Part shown: in pieces, positions 1 through 15,000 of the stretch
Position numbering within the stretch: the first letter of the stretch is position 1
Layout of the letters: every line of letters begins with the position of its first letter
Source: Cyanophora paradoxa CCMP329
Taxonomy: Eukaryota > Plantae > Glaucophyta
NCBI GenBank assembly: GCA_004431415.1
Contig: QPMI01000446.1
Span: forward strand, 1-42,215
Reading direction: 5' to 3'
DNA: 42,215 nucleotides
Notes under the pieces: model-generated
What the model saw: the letters and a program-made list of their open reading frames with translations, nothing else
Databases searched by the model: none
What the model was told of the DNA's origin: nothing
Program-made: the position numbers and the translations under genes

Positions 1-3000
1 TCTTTAATTTTGCAACAGCAATTTCTTTATTTTTTTGCCATACTTACACTCGCTATCGCTCGAAGATTATTGCCGAGGTCAACGCAACCACACTTGTCAC
101 GAACGGTCCTATCAACGCCCTGTACCAAGAGATCGTCGGGGGTGGTCTTATCGGCCGCGCGAACTTGACGGTCATCGACGCTGCCGCCCGCTGCAACTTG
201 ACGCGCATCGCCGTTGGCGCCGCTGTCGAGTGCTTGGCGGAGGGCGTCGCGGGCTCCCCACCGATTCTGATTTCAGACCTCGATTTTTCGGGGGCGTCCG
301 TTCCCGGCGGAGCCATCCAGACCGGAGTACCTTTCGTGAAAAGTGGCAACCCGACGCTCATTGCTGTCGGCGTGCGGGCGGAGAGCGCCGTCCCAGTCGC
401 ATTCAAATGGTCGCAGTCGATCGGAGGCGGGGACCTGGTCCAGCATCTTGTGGACGTGGTGCGGGCCGTCCTGCACTGCCCAGAGCGTGTGCGCGAGAAC
501 ATCGATGTACTGTGCACCTTGGGGCGTATGGCCGGCGCCCCCCGCTTCTGACGACGGACTTTCTGCCCGACGCTGCACTGCCGGAGGACTCGGCCACCGT
601 GCTGCAGCCGCAACCGCATGTCCAGCAGCTTGGAAACGTCTCTCTCAGCATTCAGCCTGCGGGCCTCCGGCTGGGTGGAATCGCCATCTCGGTCCACTAC
701 AACTCGAGTCTGCATCCCGCATCGCCCCACGTCGACCAGTCACCCTCGACGGTCTTCCTAATTGCCGCCGTCCTTTCCACAAACGTGACCCGCGTGACCG
801 TCGGTGCCCCTGTCGGCGTCACTCTTGCCCGGAAGAATGGTTCAGAGCCTCTCCTTCCCACCGATTTCGAGGGGATCTGGTTCCAGAACCCAGGCTCTGG
901 GGGCAGCGTCTCCCCGACCTCGGCCCTCGTCCCAGTCGAAACGACCAGCGAATTCCTGAAGTTCCTTGTGAGACCGACCATGCCCGGCGAGCCGGTGCGC
1001 CTGTGGGCAAACTATAGCAGCATCGTTGGTGGCGGCCTTGTGAACGACGTAAACGTCATCGTGCTGGAGGCAACGGTTTCCTGCTCGCCCATCCGCGTCG
1101 TCATCGGCGCAGTCATTACATGCCTCGTCTCGCGCACGGAGTCATCACCGGCCCTCCTGGCGTCCGACCTGACTGTTTCCGTGTCACCACCGAGTGCGGG
1201 CAATGCCAGCGGGCTTATCGCAGTCACGGGGAAGCCGCATCAGTGGGAGTTCACCTTTGTACCCAGCCAGCCTGTACTGGGCAGCATCAACGTGCGCTAC
1301 GCGCCGCTTGTGGATCCTTCTACGCAGCACATCAACGGAAGCCCCGTACGGTTCACTTCCCTAAACGCGACTCTGCGGTGCAGCCCGCTGCGCCGCCACG
1401 TGGGCGCCGAATCCTGGTGCAACGTCACGAAGGCCCCGACCGGTGGCGACCTGTTCCCTTCCGACTTCGTCATTCGTTCCTCTCCAGCGGGTACCGGCGG
1501 CGCGATTGGGCCCCTTCCAACCATCAACGGATCCCTGCAATTTAACTTCACAGCGACAACGCCCACAGGGCCTAACGGAGAGCGCGTTGAGGTAATCGCA
1601 ACTCGCGCCTGCTTTTTGTCATGGGCGGCACTCATGATCGCGCCCTCGCAATTGCAGATTCAGTGGCACTCATCGTTGACGGGCGGACTGCCGAACCCGA
1701 GTGTGAACGCTGTGCTAGCCAACGTCGTCGTTGTTATTAACGCGACCCTGCGCTGCCCACCCCGTGTTGGCCTCGCGTCCAATTTCTCATGTGTGCTTGT
1801 TTCGCCAACGGGCTCAGCTCCGCTCCTTCCAAGTGACTTTGCGGACCTTGGACGCCTCTCGCCTGCGGATCCGGACACTGAGGGCTCCGGAACACCAGTT
1901 GCCACAAGCATGAATGAAGTGTTTATCTCGCACCAGCTGCTAGTGGGCTCGGCGACCGTTCCGGCCATCGGCGTGCTTTCGCTGCAGCTTTTCGAAGTGG
2001 GCGAGGTGTGGCTTCGTCCGCAGTGGAGTCTGCTGGTTGGGAATGGCTTCGTGCGCCCAGCTCCGGTCGACGTGATCGGCGCCCGTCTTTCGTGCCCATC
2101 GCGCAGCATTTTCGTGCTCACCTCCGTGCGGTGCGTTGTGACCCGGCTCACGGGCTCGTCGGAAGCGGTGCTGTCGGACCTCGACCCTGCAGCGTTCATC
2201 CTCCCACCATTCCGGCGGCCAAATTCCCTACGCGGAGCCCTCCGCTGTGCAAGCCCTTAACGCGAACGGCACGGGCATCTACGTTGACGTCAGGGGCTTC
2301 GGATCACTGATGACCTCGCTGACCAGGGGACAACTTGAAGATCTTTGTGCGCTACGCGCTTCGGAATAGCGTCCTCGATGCACCGACACCCTTCGTGACG
2401 GACGCGCCCCAGCCGCTCCAGGCAAGCACTCACGCCCTTTTCTGCATTTGGCCTTCAATTTTCTATTTATCCATGCGCATACGTAGGTTCAAGGCTCAAT
2501 GACCATCATTTCGTCCTATGTTCTGGACAACGGTGCCCGCAGCCCTCGCAATTCGAATTCACCACTTGCGCTTTGCAGAGTGCTAAATGTGTTATCAGGC
2601 ATTCAAGTAGCCGTGACGTTTAATTATCCAGCACGCCGCGAGCCCGAGAGACTGCCAGCGACCTTCTATCTGACCGATGAGTCGGCCGCCAAGCTCGGAA
2701 CCGGCGAGTCATTTCTTCTCTTGCAATTGCAGCTTCATATTCCATCATACGCGTATTTCTGAACGCGCTCGCTCAGGGCGACCGCTTTCTGGTCCGGCCA
2801 GGACACTATTGTGTTTTCCATCATGCCGGACTCGACCGTTGTCATTGGCGACCTTCTCTTCTTCCGCATTCCGATCTACCGGGGCGACACTGCCACTGAC
2901 GAGCGCTTCAGAGGCTTCTTCATCGTGCGCATTTCGAGCTCTGGAATTGCTTGCGCTCATTGCTTCCCAGGTCTCTGTTGGCGACAATTTTGCTCCCGTC

Positions 3001-6000
3001 ATCTCACCACGTTCCCCGAAATCGTAGCGGTCTGCCGTAGGGCCCGCATTGTCGCCTTCCGATCTCTGGAACGGGTCGCCGGCCTCTGACCTACTACTGG
3101 TCGTGCGTCGACGAGGCCACATGCAGCTCGCTGGCAGAGCGTTCCGTGACCGTCAACACTACGCACAACGACACTTTGATTGTACCGGACGACGTTCGCA
3201 CACGCGTGACTACAGGCTCTCGGTGTACGCCCGGAACTACCTCGGCGCGAAGTCCAACACCGTCCAGGTCAAATTATACAAGTCCGGACTATTCGTGCGC
3301 CACTGAGCTGGTGTACCAGTACTAAATTCAAAGCGTTAGCTTCTTGCTCAATAAGTCACGCAACATTGCAGCCGCCGTTCCTGGAGGTCGACGGAGGCAC
3401 GACCGTTTACTCGAAGGCATCGACCCTAACCACCATTAAGGTCGTAGTACAGGTTCGCCTAACAATTCATTCCAATTCCGGATCTGTGCACCGTTCCGTG
3501 AATTCAAATCTCGCAGCGGACAACTTGCAACAAGGAACTCGACGACCTGAAGCATGTAAGGCCTCGCGCTCTTTCGTTAACGTGTTCTTTCTTTGCGGAG
3601 AAATATTTACGGTGTGCTGCGGCGCAGTTGTCATCCTCCGTGGCTTCCAGTGGCTCCGCGCATCGGACATGGAGGCGCAATGGCACCTGCCTGACTCCGC
3701 ACTGGAGTTCTTGCCCAGCACTGTCGAGCTGGACAATCCGACGCTGCTTATCGTGCGAACCGTTTGTATCGGCGTACTGATATTTACAAATGCTTTTGAA
3801 ATTAACTCATCATCATCGCACTGCAGCCGAAAAATACGCTGCAGCCCACAGCCAGTTCACGATGACATGACAGCCCGCGATCTGCAGCAGCCCGACACGC
3901 CATCGGTGAACTCGCTTGACGTCGTGAATTTAGCCGAGTTCTGATGCGCGTGCTACGAATGACTCAGGCATTTATCAATGTGACGCTTGTGATATTGAGC
4001 GAAGACCTGGATGCTCGGATTGCTGGCGGAATCGCGTCGTCTCGCCCACCCGCACCTTCATTTTGGACGCAAGCCTGAGCCGAGATCCGACTACACGGCG
4101 TCCGCAGACGAGGGAGGCATCGCGCTCGTCAGCAGCGTTTTCAAGTATCGGTGGGAGTTCCAAAAGGTCGCCACGGATGCAGCAGCCGCGGCGGCCGCCT
4201 CGGTCGAGGGCAGCCCCGATGAGCTCATGGCGACAATTGAGGCGGCACAGCCAACTCTCACAGTCGATCCGAAAGAGCTGGGCCTCGAGGCAGGCACCGC
4301 GTACTCCGTTACATTGAGCCTCTTCTCCGCGCGCTCCGCGTGGGCGTGCCCGAGGGCAACGCGACGGACAGCACCTCCGTGATCATTACGCTTGCTCAGG
4401 AAAGCGTTCCTGTCGTCTTCATCACGGTGCGCTCGAGACCGCGGATCGCGTTTAAATTTATCGTTTTGCCAGCTGAACATCGATATCTGCAGTCAACGTT
4501 CCCCGCTGACCCGACCTACGCAATCGAGGAGCTCGGCATTTGGGTGCGCTTTAAATTCTGAGCTCGGAACTTACATTAAGAGCGCGCGCATTGCTCGAAG
4601 CCCTCAACTGCGGACGCAGATCCGATGCGAGGCCTCCCAGCCGGATAGGCCCGAGAGCTCTGCGGACGACCTCGTCTTCGTTTGGTCGAGCGCCGACGGA
4701 GACGAAACGATCGCCAATATCTCCAGGTACGTCCGGAGAAGTCGTACGCGTAAAGAAAACAACCCAGAATATTAAATTGAAGTATTTCTGCGCAGCCTTG
4801 CCGTCCGAACTTCGGCGAACTCTTCCACTCTCATTATAAACAAGAAACTTTCTTCAGCGTCTTTCATCTCGCTTGATCGGCTATACCGGTGCACATCTTC
4901 TAATTCTGGTAGCTTACTCCGAGCTTATGTCTTACACTTCACTATCGATATCAGAATTCGGTGCAGCGCGTACGCCAAGGACCAGGGTCCTACGCGGAGC
5001 GGTGCACGGCTTGCATTGAATTTATGATTAGCAACTTCGACGTCGCTGTCTCTAAACTGCCAACGCTTCTGCGCAGCCTCACAAGATACGTCGATTCGCG
5101 TCATCTCGGGACCAATCCCGGGCGAATGCACAGTCAACCCCCCGGTAGGCATCGCTCTCCAGACGCAGGTGCGAGATCGGACGCTCGTTTAAATTTTGCA
5201 AACGCATCGAGATCCGTTGACGTCAATCGCACCTTTTGGCAGTTCGTTGTCACGTGCACGAATTGGATATCCCAGTATACATCGGACCCGTTGCTGTACA
5301 AATTGCAGGTCTGCGACTGAATTTCTGCACTCTGTCTGGCCTTGGGTAGAAAACAAAGCGCCTTGATGACTGATCATGAGCTTTCAGATTATTCCCCCCG
5401 CGAGCCGCCCCGGCGTTTTCGTGACACAAAGCCAGCCAAACTCCGCCCCGGTCGTGCGCGCCGTGCTGCCTCGCGGAGAGGGCGAAGACCGCACAGTTCG
5501 CATGGTGATTATCGTGAAAGACATCTACAACGCTTCTACGGGTAGAATACACCAATCCCCGCTCCGATTTTCGATCACATTCTCACACCCTTGCTGCAGA
5601 GTATTACTTGAACGCGACGTCCGATCTGGAGCAGAGCGTGGAGGGGCTGGACCCGGTCCAGCTGAAATCCTCCGTGCTCGACATCCTGGGCATCGGCTCG
5701 AGGTCCATCGCCGTCACCGACAGCGACGGCGACCTGGAGGCATCTCTCGCCGCCATCGGAAACACCGCGGTCACGATTTCCGGTGCGCACTTGAAAGCAT
5801 GAGAATCGAAGCTGCGGCTGCTGGCCAGGGGTCTCGAATGGAGTTTGATTTCGCGCAGACATTTTGGACAGTTACATCGGGGCCGGCACAGACACCGCTT
5901 ATCGAACGGTGTCGCACCTGGATCGGGACCCCGACTCTACGAAGTCCGCACGTTTTGCGGACAGCGATTTCTTTGATAATACTTTCAGCCACTAATAATC

Positions 6001-9000
6001 GATTGCAGAAAAATAGAAGAGACTCTGGCACCGATGCTCAAGGTTATTAGCTGTGCGCCAGTTCATTGCTCTGTGCGTGGGTTGCCGAACCTGCAGCTGA
6101 TCATGGGCTGCACCGTGGCACCTGCAGCTGTCGGGGCGAACAACCGCTCCTCCAAGTTTCAGCTCGTCCAGGCCGTCTCGGTCAGCACCGCGCTGACGCG
6201 CGTCGTCACACGGTTCGTCTTCACTGAACGTGACGTCGACACGGCCGCTTTGGGCACCGTCTCATTTTTCCAACTTCCAGCACTGGTTCGTCGGAGCTCC
6301 AGACCGGGCTGGCTGATGCGATGCACTCTTTGTACAGCGCTTTAAATCCTTGTGACGATTCCGCTGATGTCAACGAGCTCCTCATTGCTGGAGCCGGTGC
6401 GTGAAGTGAAGGCGAGAATCGCTATCATACCCGCTAGCGCTTTGTGTGCTCATGCGAGAGCTGTGCAGACACCTTCGTTGGCTCTTCGTGGTGGCTTGCT
6501 GAGAATGCAAACGGAACTGACACATCCCAGTTCGCCGACTCCGTCATGCGCATGTTCAAGACCTTCGCGTCGAAGGCGGTCCGCTGCGGCGTGTGCGGCG
6601 CGAGCCCGTCCGTCAGCTCGGGCCTCCGCGTCGCCATCTTCACCGGCCAAGTTTGTCACAACCAAGAGGGCCAGGGCGACTTCAATGTCGGCGGATCCCG
6701 CAATGAGACCGCCGGTTTGGTCGTGCCTCCTGAGCTCCAAAAGCTCTCGAGATCTCTGAACGGCACCGATGGTACGCAACTGACCGTGTACGTCTACCCA
6801 CGCGGACCATACCCGGAGGCCACGGAGGGCACTCTCAACGGCACAAACTCCGTCGTAAAGTAGTGCGCCGGCGCCGCATGCAAAGTCAAGTGGAAGGCAC
6901 GCTCTAAGCGCTACGCGTTTACCGCGCAGCAATGTCTCAAGCTATGTGATGGAGGTGGATGTTGTAGGGCTCGAAGTGTCCAACCTTTCCGAGCCTATCA
7001 CGGTGTGATGATTTTATATCATTAAAAAGCGAACTAGATCTAGATTACGGTCCTTTGATTTGCGAACCATTTGTGATCTTGAGCGCAGTTCCAAATCCCT
7101 CTGCGGATGCCAAATGGAGAGCTCATCAACCCCAACCAAAAGCTAGATCTAATATATTACGACAAGATCAACAAAATCTGGATCAGCTGGTAACTGTCGC
7201 CTGCTTTGCTTTCGCAATATGCAGCAAGCACAGTTCTAATGCCTTCTGTCCGCACAGCGGAAATGTCACCATGATCCTCGACATGGCGGTCATCACCGCC
7301 GTTGCCTCATGCAATCATCTCACGCCTTTCGCAAGTGCGACATTCCCTCATAAGCATGGGTTTATATTATAATTACCGACGAGCTGACAATCGACACCGC
7401 AGTTGGCATTGGGGAGGTGATCACGCAGGCAGTGCAAGAGTCTCCTCCAGGCGCAGCTCTGCCGCCGACGGGTGCAGCCGCGCAAGGTTCCTACTTCAAC
7501 TGGCAGACAACGGAGCCAGAAGGCTCGGGCGTGCATCCAGCAGCTGTGGCAGTCCCGGTGGTGGTGGGAAGCATTACGATTGCACTCCTTGCCGCGGCAA
7601 TCATCTACACAAGAAACATGGGACGGGCAACTACTTTGTCCCAGAAGCCCCTCGGTCCTGCGGGGCGGGTTGAAGTTGTTACGATCGGCCCGTCGCAGCC
7701 ATCGACTGATCGGCCTGTGTCTATGTCGGCCGGGGCCGCCCGCAAGTCGACGGCGCCCACGAACCTGCAGCTGGTGGATGTCGCGTCCGGCATGTTCGGC
7801 GGCACGACGGGCACGCTCTCGTGGTCGCTGCCGACGACGGGCCCGCCGCTTGCGCACCGTGTGCTGCGCGACGGCGTTGAGATTGCGAGGGTGCCGGGGA
7901 CGCAAACGTCGGTGGAGGTGCCGGACCTTGCGAGGGGCTTGGTGTCGACATTTGTCGTGGTGGCAGTGGACGGCGCCAGCGGAGCCGAGTCGAAGCCGCT
8001 CATCGCTGGCATCGCCCGGACCCGAACAGTGGCATCACCCTCAAAGCGGTGCCTACCGCGTCGAACGGCTCGTCAGCGCAGCTCTCGTGGAACACGCCTG
8101 CTGCGTCTGATACAGTGACTCTCTACAAGCTGCTGGTGAACGGCCAGGTCGTCGCGACGCTGCCGCCGTCGGGAATCGCGATGAACGGTTTCGAGGCAAA
8201 GAGCCTGCCGTCGGGTGCGGTGGCGGAGGTGGTGGCGGTGTTCGCGTCAGGCGCCACGCTGTCGAGCACGCCTGTGCCGATCTCGGCGGGAGGCGGCGGC
8301 AGCGGGTTTGGCGTTGCAATTGGGCCGCCCGCAAGTCGACGGCGCCCACGAACCTGCAGCTGGTGGATGTCGCGTCCGGCATGTTCGGCGGCACGACGGG
8401 CACGCTCTCGTGGTCGCTGCCGACGACGGGCCCGCCGCTTGCGCACCGTGTGCTGCGCGACGGCGTTGAGATTGCGAGGGTGCCGGGGACGCAAACGTCG
8501 GTGGAGGTGCCGGACCTTGCGAGGGGCTTGGTGTCGACATTTGTCGTGGTGGCAGTGGACGGCGCCAGCGGAGCCGAGTCGAAGCCGCTCATCGCTGGCA
8601 TCGCCCGGGACCCGAACAGTGGCATCACCCTCAAGGCGGTGCCTACCGCGTCGAACGGCTCGTCAGCGCAGCTCTCGTGGAACACGCCTGCTGCGTCTGA
8701 TACAGTGACTCTCTACAAGCTGCTGGTGAACGGCCAGGTCGTCGCGACGCTGCCGCCGTCGGAATCGCAATGAACGGTTTCGAGGCAAAGAGCCTGCCGT
8801 CGGGTGCGGTGGCGGAGGTGGTGGCGGTGTTCGCGTCAGGCGCCACGCTGTCGAGCACGCCTGTGCCGATCTCGGCGGGAGGCGGCGGCAGCGGGTTTGG
8901 CGTTCGGGCCGCCCGCAAGTCGACGGCGCCCACGAACCTGCAGCTGGTGGATGTCGCGTCCGGCATGTTCGGCGGCACGACGGGCACGCTCTCGTGGTCG

Positions 9001-12000
9001 CTGCCGACGACGGGCCCGCCGCTTGCGCACCGTGTGCTGCGCGACGGCGTTGAGATTGCGAGGGTGCCGGGGACGCAAACGTCGGTGGAGGTGCCGGACC
9101 TTGCGAGGGGCTTGGTGTCGACATTTGTCGTGGTGGCAGTGGACGGCGCCAGCGGAGCCGAGTCGAAGCCGCTCATCGCTGGCATCGCCCGGGACCCGAA
9201 CAGTGGCATCACCCTCAAAGCGGTGCCTACCGCGTCGAACGGCTCGTCAGCGCAGCTCTCGTGGAACACGCCTGCTGCGTCTGATACAGTGACTCTCTAC
9301 AAGCTGCTGGTGAACGGCCAGGTCGTCGCGACGCTGCCGCCGTCGGGAATCGCGATGAACGGTTTCGAGGCAAAGAGCCTGCCGTCGGGTGCGGTGGCGG
9401 AGGTGGTGGCGGTGTTCGCGTCAGGCGCCACGCTGTCGAGCACGCCTGTGCCGATCTCGGCGGGAGGCGGCGGCAGCGGGTTTGGCGTTGGGGCCGCCCG
9501 CAAGTCGACGGCGCCCACGAACCTGCAGCTGGTGGATGTCGCGTCCGGCATGTTCGGCGGCACGACGGGCACGCTCTCGTGGTCGCTGCCGACGACGGGC
9601 CCGCCGCTTGCGCACCGTGTGCTGCGCGACGGCGTTGAGATTGCGAGGGTGCCGGGGACGCAAACGTCGGTGGAGGTGCCGGACCTTGCGAGGGGCTTGG
9701 TGTCGACATTTGTCGTGGTGGCAGTGGACGGCGCCAGCGGAGCCGAGTCGAAGCCGCTCATCGCTGGCATCGCCCGGGACCCGAACAGTGGCATCACCCT
9801 TAAGGCGGTGCCTACCGCGTCGAACGGCTCGTCAGCGCAGCTCTCGTGGAACACGCCTGCTGCGTCTGATACAGTGACTCTCTACAAGCTGCTGGTGAAC
9901 GGCCAGGTCGTCGCGACGCTGCCGCCGTCGGGAATCGCGATGAACGGTTTCGAGGCAAAGAGCCTGCGTCGGGTGCGGTGGCGGAGGTGGTGGCGGTGTT
10001 CGCGTCAGGCGCCACGCTGTCGAGCACGCCTGTGCCGATCTCGGCGGGAGGCGGCGGCAGCGGGTTTGGCGTTGCAATTGGGGCCGCCCGCAAGTCGACG
10101 GCGCCCACGAACCTGCAGCTGGTGGATGTCGCGTCCGGCATGTTCGGCGGCACGACGGGCACGCTCTCGTGGTCGCTGCCGACGACGGGCCCGCCGCTTG
10201 CGCACCGTGTGCTGCGCGACGGCGTTGAGATTGCGAGGGTGCCGGGGACGCAAACGTCGGTGGAGGTGCCGGACCTTGCGAGGGGCTTGGTGTCGACATT
10301 TGTCGTGGTGGCAGTGGACGGCGCCAGTGGAGCCGAGTCGAAGCCGCTCATTGCTGGCATCGCCCGGGACCCGAACAGTGGCATCACCCTCAAAGCGGTG
10401 CCTACCGCGTCGAACGGCTCGTCAGCGCAGCTCTCGTGGAACACGCCTGCTGCGTCTGATACAGTGACTCTCTACAAGCTGCTGGTGAACGGCCAGGTCG
10501 TCGCGACGCTGCCGCCGTCGGGAATCGCGATGAACGGTTTCGAGGCAAAGAGCCTGCCGTCGGGTGCGGTGGCGGAGGTGGTGGCGGTGTTCGCGTCAGG
10601 CGCCACGCTGTCGAGCACGCCTGTGCCGATCTCGGCGGGAGGCGGCGGCAGCGGGTTTGGCGTTGGGGCCGCCCGCAAGTCGACGGCGCCCACGAACCTG
10701 CAGCTGGTGGATGTCGCGTCCGGCATGTTCGGCGGCACGACGGGCACGCTCTCGTGGTCGCTGCCGACGACGGGCCCGCCGCTTGCGCACCGTGTGCTGC
10801 GCGACGGCGTTGAGATTGCGAGGGTGCCGGGGACGCAAACGTCGGTGGAGGTGCCGGACCTTGCGAGGGGCTTGGTGTCGACATTTGTCGTGGTGGCAGT
10901 GGACGGCGCCAGCGGAGCCGAGTCGAAGCCGCTCATCGCTGGCATCGCCCGGGACCCGAACAGTGGCATCACCCTTAAGGCGGTGCCTACCGCGTCGAAC
11001 GGCTCGTCAGCGCAGCTCTCGTGGAACACGCCTGCTGCGTCTGATACAGTGACTCTCTACAAGCTGCTGGTGAACGGCCAGGTCGTCGCGACGCTGCCGC
11101 CGTCGGGAATCGCGATGAACGGTTTCGAGGCAAAGAGCCTGCCGTCGGGTGCGGTGGCGGAGGTGGTGGCGGTGTTCGCGTCAGGCGCCACGCTGTCGAG
11201 CACGCCTGTGCCGATCTCGGCGGGAGGTGGCGGCAGCGGGTTTGGCGTTGGGGCCGCCCGCAAGTCGACGGCGCCCACGAACCTGCAGCTGGTGGATGTC
11301 GCGTCCGGCATGTTCGGCGGCACGACGGGCACGCTCTCGTGGTCGCTGCCGACGACGGGCCCGCCGCTTGCGCACCGTGTGCTGCGCGACGGCGTTGAGA
11401 TTGCGAGGGTGCCGGGGACGCAAACGTCGGTGGAGGTGCCGGACCTTGCGAGGGGCTTGGTGTCGACATTTGTCGTGGTGGCAGTGGACGGCGCCAGCGG
11501 AGCCGAGTCGAAGCCGCTCATCGCTGGCATCGCCCGGGACCCGAACAGTGGCATCACCCTTAAGGCGGTGCCTACCGCGTCGAACGGCTCGTCAGCGCAG
11601 CTCTCGTGGAACACGCCTGCTGCGTCTGATACAGTGACTCTCTACAAGCTGCTGGTGAACGGCCAGGTCGTCGCGACGCTGCCGCCGTCGGGAATCGCGA
11701 TGAACGGTTTCGAGGCAAAGAGCCTGCCGTCGGGTGCGGTGGCGGAGGTGGTGGCGGTGTTCGCGTCAGGCGCCACGCTGTCGAGCACGCCTGTGCCGAT
11801 CTCGGCGGGAGGCGGCGGCAGCGGGTTTGGCGTTGCAATTGGGGCCGCCCGCAAGTCGACGGCGCCCACGAACCTGCAGCTGGTGGATGTCGCGTCCGGC
11901 ATGTTCGGCGGCACGACGGGCACGCTCTCGTGGTCGCTGCCGACGACGGGCCCGCCGCTTGCGCACCGTGTGCTGCGCGACGGCGTTGAGATTGCGAGGG

Positions 12001-15000
12001 TGCCGGGGACGCAAACGTCGGTGGAGGTGCCGGACCTTGCGAGGGGCTTGGTGTCGACATTTGTCGTGGTGGCAGTGGACGGCGCCAGCGGAGCCGAGTC
12101 GAAGCCGCTCATTGCTGGCATCGCCCGGGACCCGAACAGTGGCATCACCCTCAAAGCGGTGCCTACCGCGTCGAACGGCTCGTCAGCGCAGCTCTCGTGG
12201 AACACGCCTGCTGCGTCTGATACAGTGACTCTCTACAAGCTGCTGGTGAACGGCCAGGTCGTCGCGACGCTGCCGCCGTCGGGAATCGCGATGAACGGTT
12301 TCGAGGCAAAGAGCCTGCCGTCGGGTGCGGTGGCGGAGGTGGTGGCGGTGTTCGCGTCAGGCGCCACGCTGTCGAGCACGCCTGTGCCGATCTCGGCGGG
12401 AGGCGGCGGCAGCGGGTTTGGCGTTGGGGCCGCCCGCAAGTCGACGGCGCCCACGAACCTGCAGCTGGTGGATGTCGCGTCCGGCATGTTCGGCGGCACG
12501 ACGGGCACGCTCTCGTGGTCGCTGCCGACGACGGGCCCGCCGCTTGCGCACCGTGTGCTGCGCGACGGCGTTGAGATTGCGAGGGTGCCGGGGACGCAAA
12601 CGTCGGTGGAGGTGCCGGACCTTGCGAGGGGCTTGGTGTCGACATTTGTCGTGGTGGCAGTGGACGGCGCCAGCGGAGCCGAGTCGAAGCCGCTCATCGC
12701 TGGCATCGCCCGGGACCCGAACAGTGGCATCACCCTTAAGGCGGTGCCTACCGCGTCGAACGGCTCGTCAGCGCAGCTCTCGTGGAACACGCCTGCTGCG
12801 TCTGATACAGTGACTCTCTACAAGCTGCTGGTGAACGGCCAGGTCGTCGCGACGCTGCCGCCGTCGGAATCGCGATGAACGGTTTCGAGGCAAAGAGCCT
12901 GCCGTCGGGTGCGGTGGCGGAGGTGGTGGCGGTGTTCGCGTCAGGCGCCACGCTGTCGAGCACGCCTGTGCCGATCTCGGCGGGAGGTGGCGGCAGCGGG
13001 TTTGGCGTTGGGGCCGCCCGCAAGTCGACGGCGCCCACGAACCTGCAGCTGGTGGATGTCGCGTCCGGCATGTTCGGCGGCACGACGGGCACGCTCTCGT
13101 GGTCGCTGCCGACGACGGGCCCGCCGCTTGCGCACCGTGTGCTGCGCGACGGCGTTGAGATTGCGAGGGTGCCGGGGACGCAAACGTCGGTGGAGGTGCC
13201 GGACCTTGCGAGGGGCTTGGTGTCGACATTTGTCGTGGTGGCAGTGGACGGCGCCAGCGGAGCCGAGTCGAAGCCGCTCATCGCTGGCATCGCCCGGGAC
13301 CCGAACAGTGGCATCACCCTTAAGGCGGTGCCTACCGCGTCGAACGGCTCGTCAGCGCAGCTCTCGTGGAACACGCCTGCTGCGTCTGATACAGTGACTC
13401 TCTACAAGCTGCTGGTGAACGGCCAGGTCGTCGCGACGCTGCCGCCGTCGGGAATCGCAATGAACGGTTTCGAGGCAAAGAGCCTGCCGTCGGGTGCGGT
13501 GGCGGAGGTGGTGGCGGTGTTCGCGTCAGGCGCCATGCTGTCGAGCACGCCTGTGCCGATCTCGGCGGGAGGCGGCGGCAGCGGGTTTGGCGTTGCAATT
13601 GTGGCCGCCCGCAAGTCGACGGCGCCCACGAACCTGCAGCTGGTGGATGTCGCGTCCGGCATGTTCGGCGGCACGACGGGCACGCTCTCGTGGTCGCTGC
13701 CGACGACGGGCCCGCCGCTTGCGCACCGTGTGCTGCGCGACGGCGTTGAGATTGCGAGGGTGCCGGGGACGCAAACGTCGGTGGAGGTGCCGGACCTTGC
13801 GAGGGGCTTGGTGTCGACATTTGTCGTGGTGGCAGTGGACGGCGCCAGCGGAGCCGAGTCGAAGCCGCTCATCGCTGGCATCGCCCGGGACCCGAACAGT
13901 GGCATCACCCTTAAGGCGGTGCCTACCGCTTCGAACGGCTCGTCAGCGCAGCTCTCGTGGAACACGCCTGCTGCGTCTGATACAGTGACTCTCTACAAGC
14001 TGCTGGTGAACGGCCAGGTCGTCGCGACGCTGCCGCCGTCGGGAATCGCAATGAACGGTTTCGAGGCAAAGAGCCTGCCGTCGGGTGCGGTGGCGGAGGT
14101 GGTGGCGGTGTTCGCGTCAGGCGCCACGCTGTCGAGCACGCCTGTGCCGATCTCGGCGGGAGGCGGCGGCAGCGGGTTTGGCGTTCGGGCCGCCCGCAAG
14201 TCGACGGCGCCCACGAACCTGCAGCTGGTGGATGTCGCGTCCGGCATGTTCGGCGGCACGACGGGCACGCTCTCGTGGTCGCTGCCGACGACGGGCCCGC
14301 CGCTTGCGCACCGTGTGCTGCGCGACGGCGTTGAGATTGCGAGGGTGCCGGGGACGCAAACGTCGGTGGAGGTGCCGGACCTTGCGAGGGGCTTGGTGTC
14401 GACATTTGTCGTGGTGGCAGTGGACGGCGCCAGCGGAGCCGAGTCGAAGCCGCTCATCGCTGGCATCGCCCGGGACCCGAACAGTGGCATCACCCTTAAG
14501 GCGGTGCCTACCGCGTCGAACGGCTCGTCAGCGCAGCTCTCGTGGAACACGCCTGCTGCGTCTGATACAGTGACTCTCTACAAGCTGCTGGTGAACGGCC
14601 AGGTCGTCGCGACGCTGCCGCCGTCGGGAATCGCGATGAACGGTTTCGAGGCAAAGAGCCTGCCGTCGGGTGCGGTGGCGGAGGTGGTGGCGGTGTTCGC
14701 GTCAGGCGCCACGCTGTCGAGCACGCCTGTGCCGATCTCGGGCTCGCGGATCTTGGGCGCCCGTAGTGGCTCGCTCTCCGGTCCCGGTTGGACAATGAGT
14801 ACTTCAGCCGGCCATAGCGTCCATGACGGGGCGTTCAATGGATCCAGACACCGTCGCTCCTCGACATCCTTCAACGGTGCAGGACTTCTATTGGGAGAAT
14901 CCGCCACTGCTGCGACGGTTGTGGCTGCAGCGGCAATTCCGACTCCGGCACCTGCAGCGCCGGCGCTGTCGCTTTTCCCGCTTCTTCCTGCCTACTACGT

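Noticed and set aside
8015-12870. Frameshifts in the array (near 8018, 8322, 8761, 9967, 12866) as pseudogenisation or phase variation
   Set aside because: All are single-base losses in short G/C runs, the same error pattern that distinguishes the two palindrome arms.
7348-14907. Many Arg-rich and antisense ORFs across the FN3 array
   Set aside because: Shadow frames of a GC-rich coding repeat.
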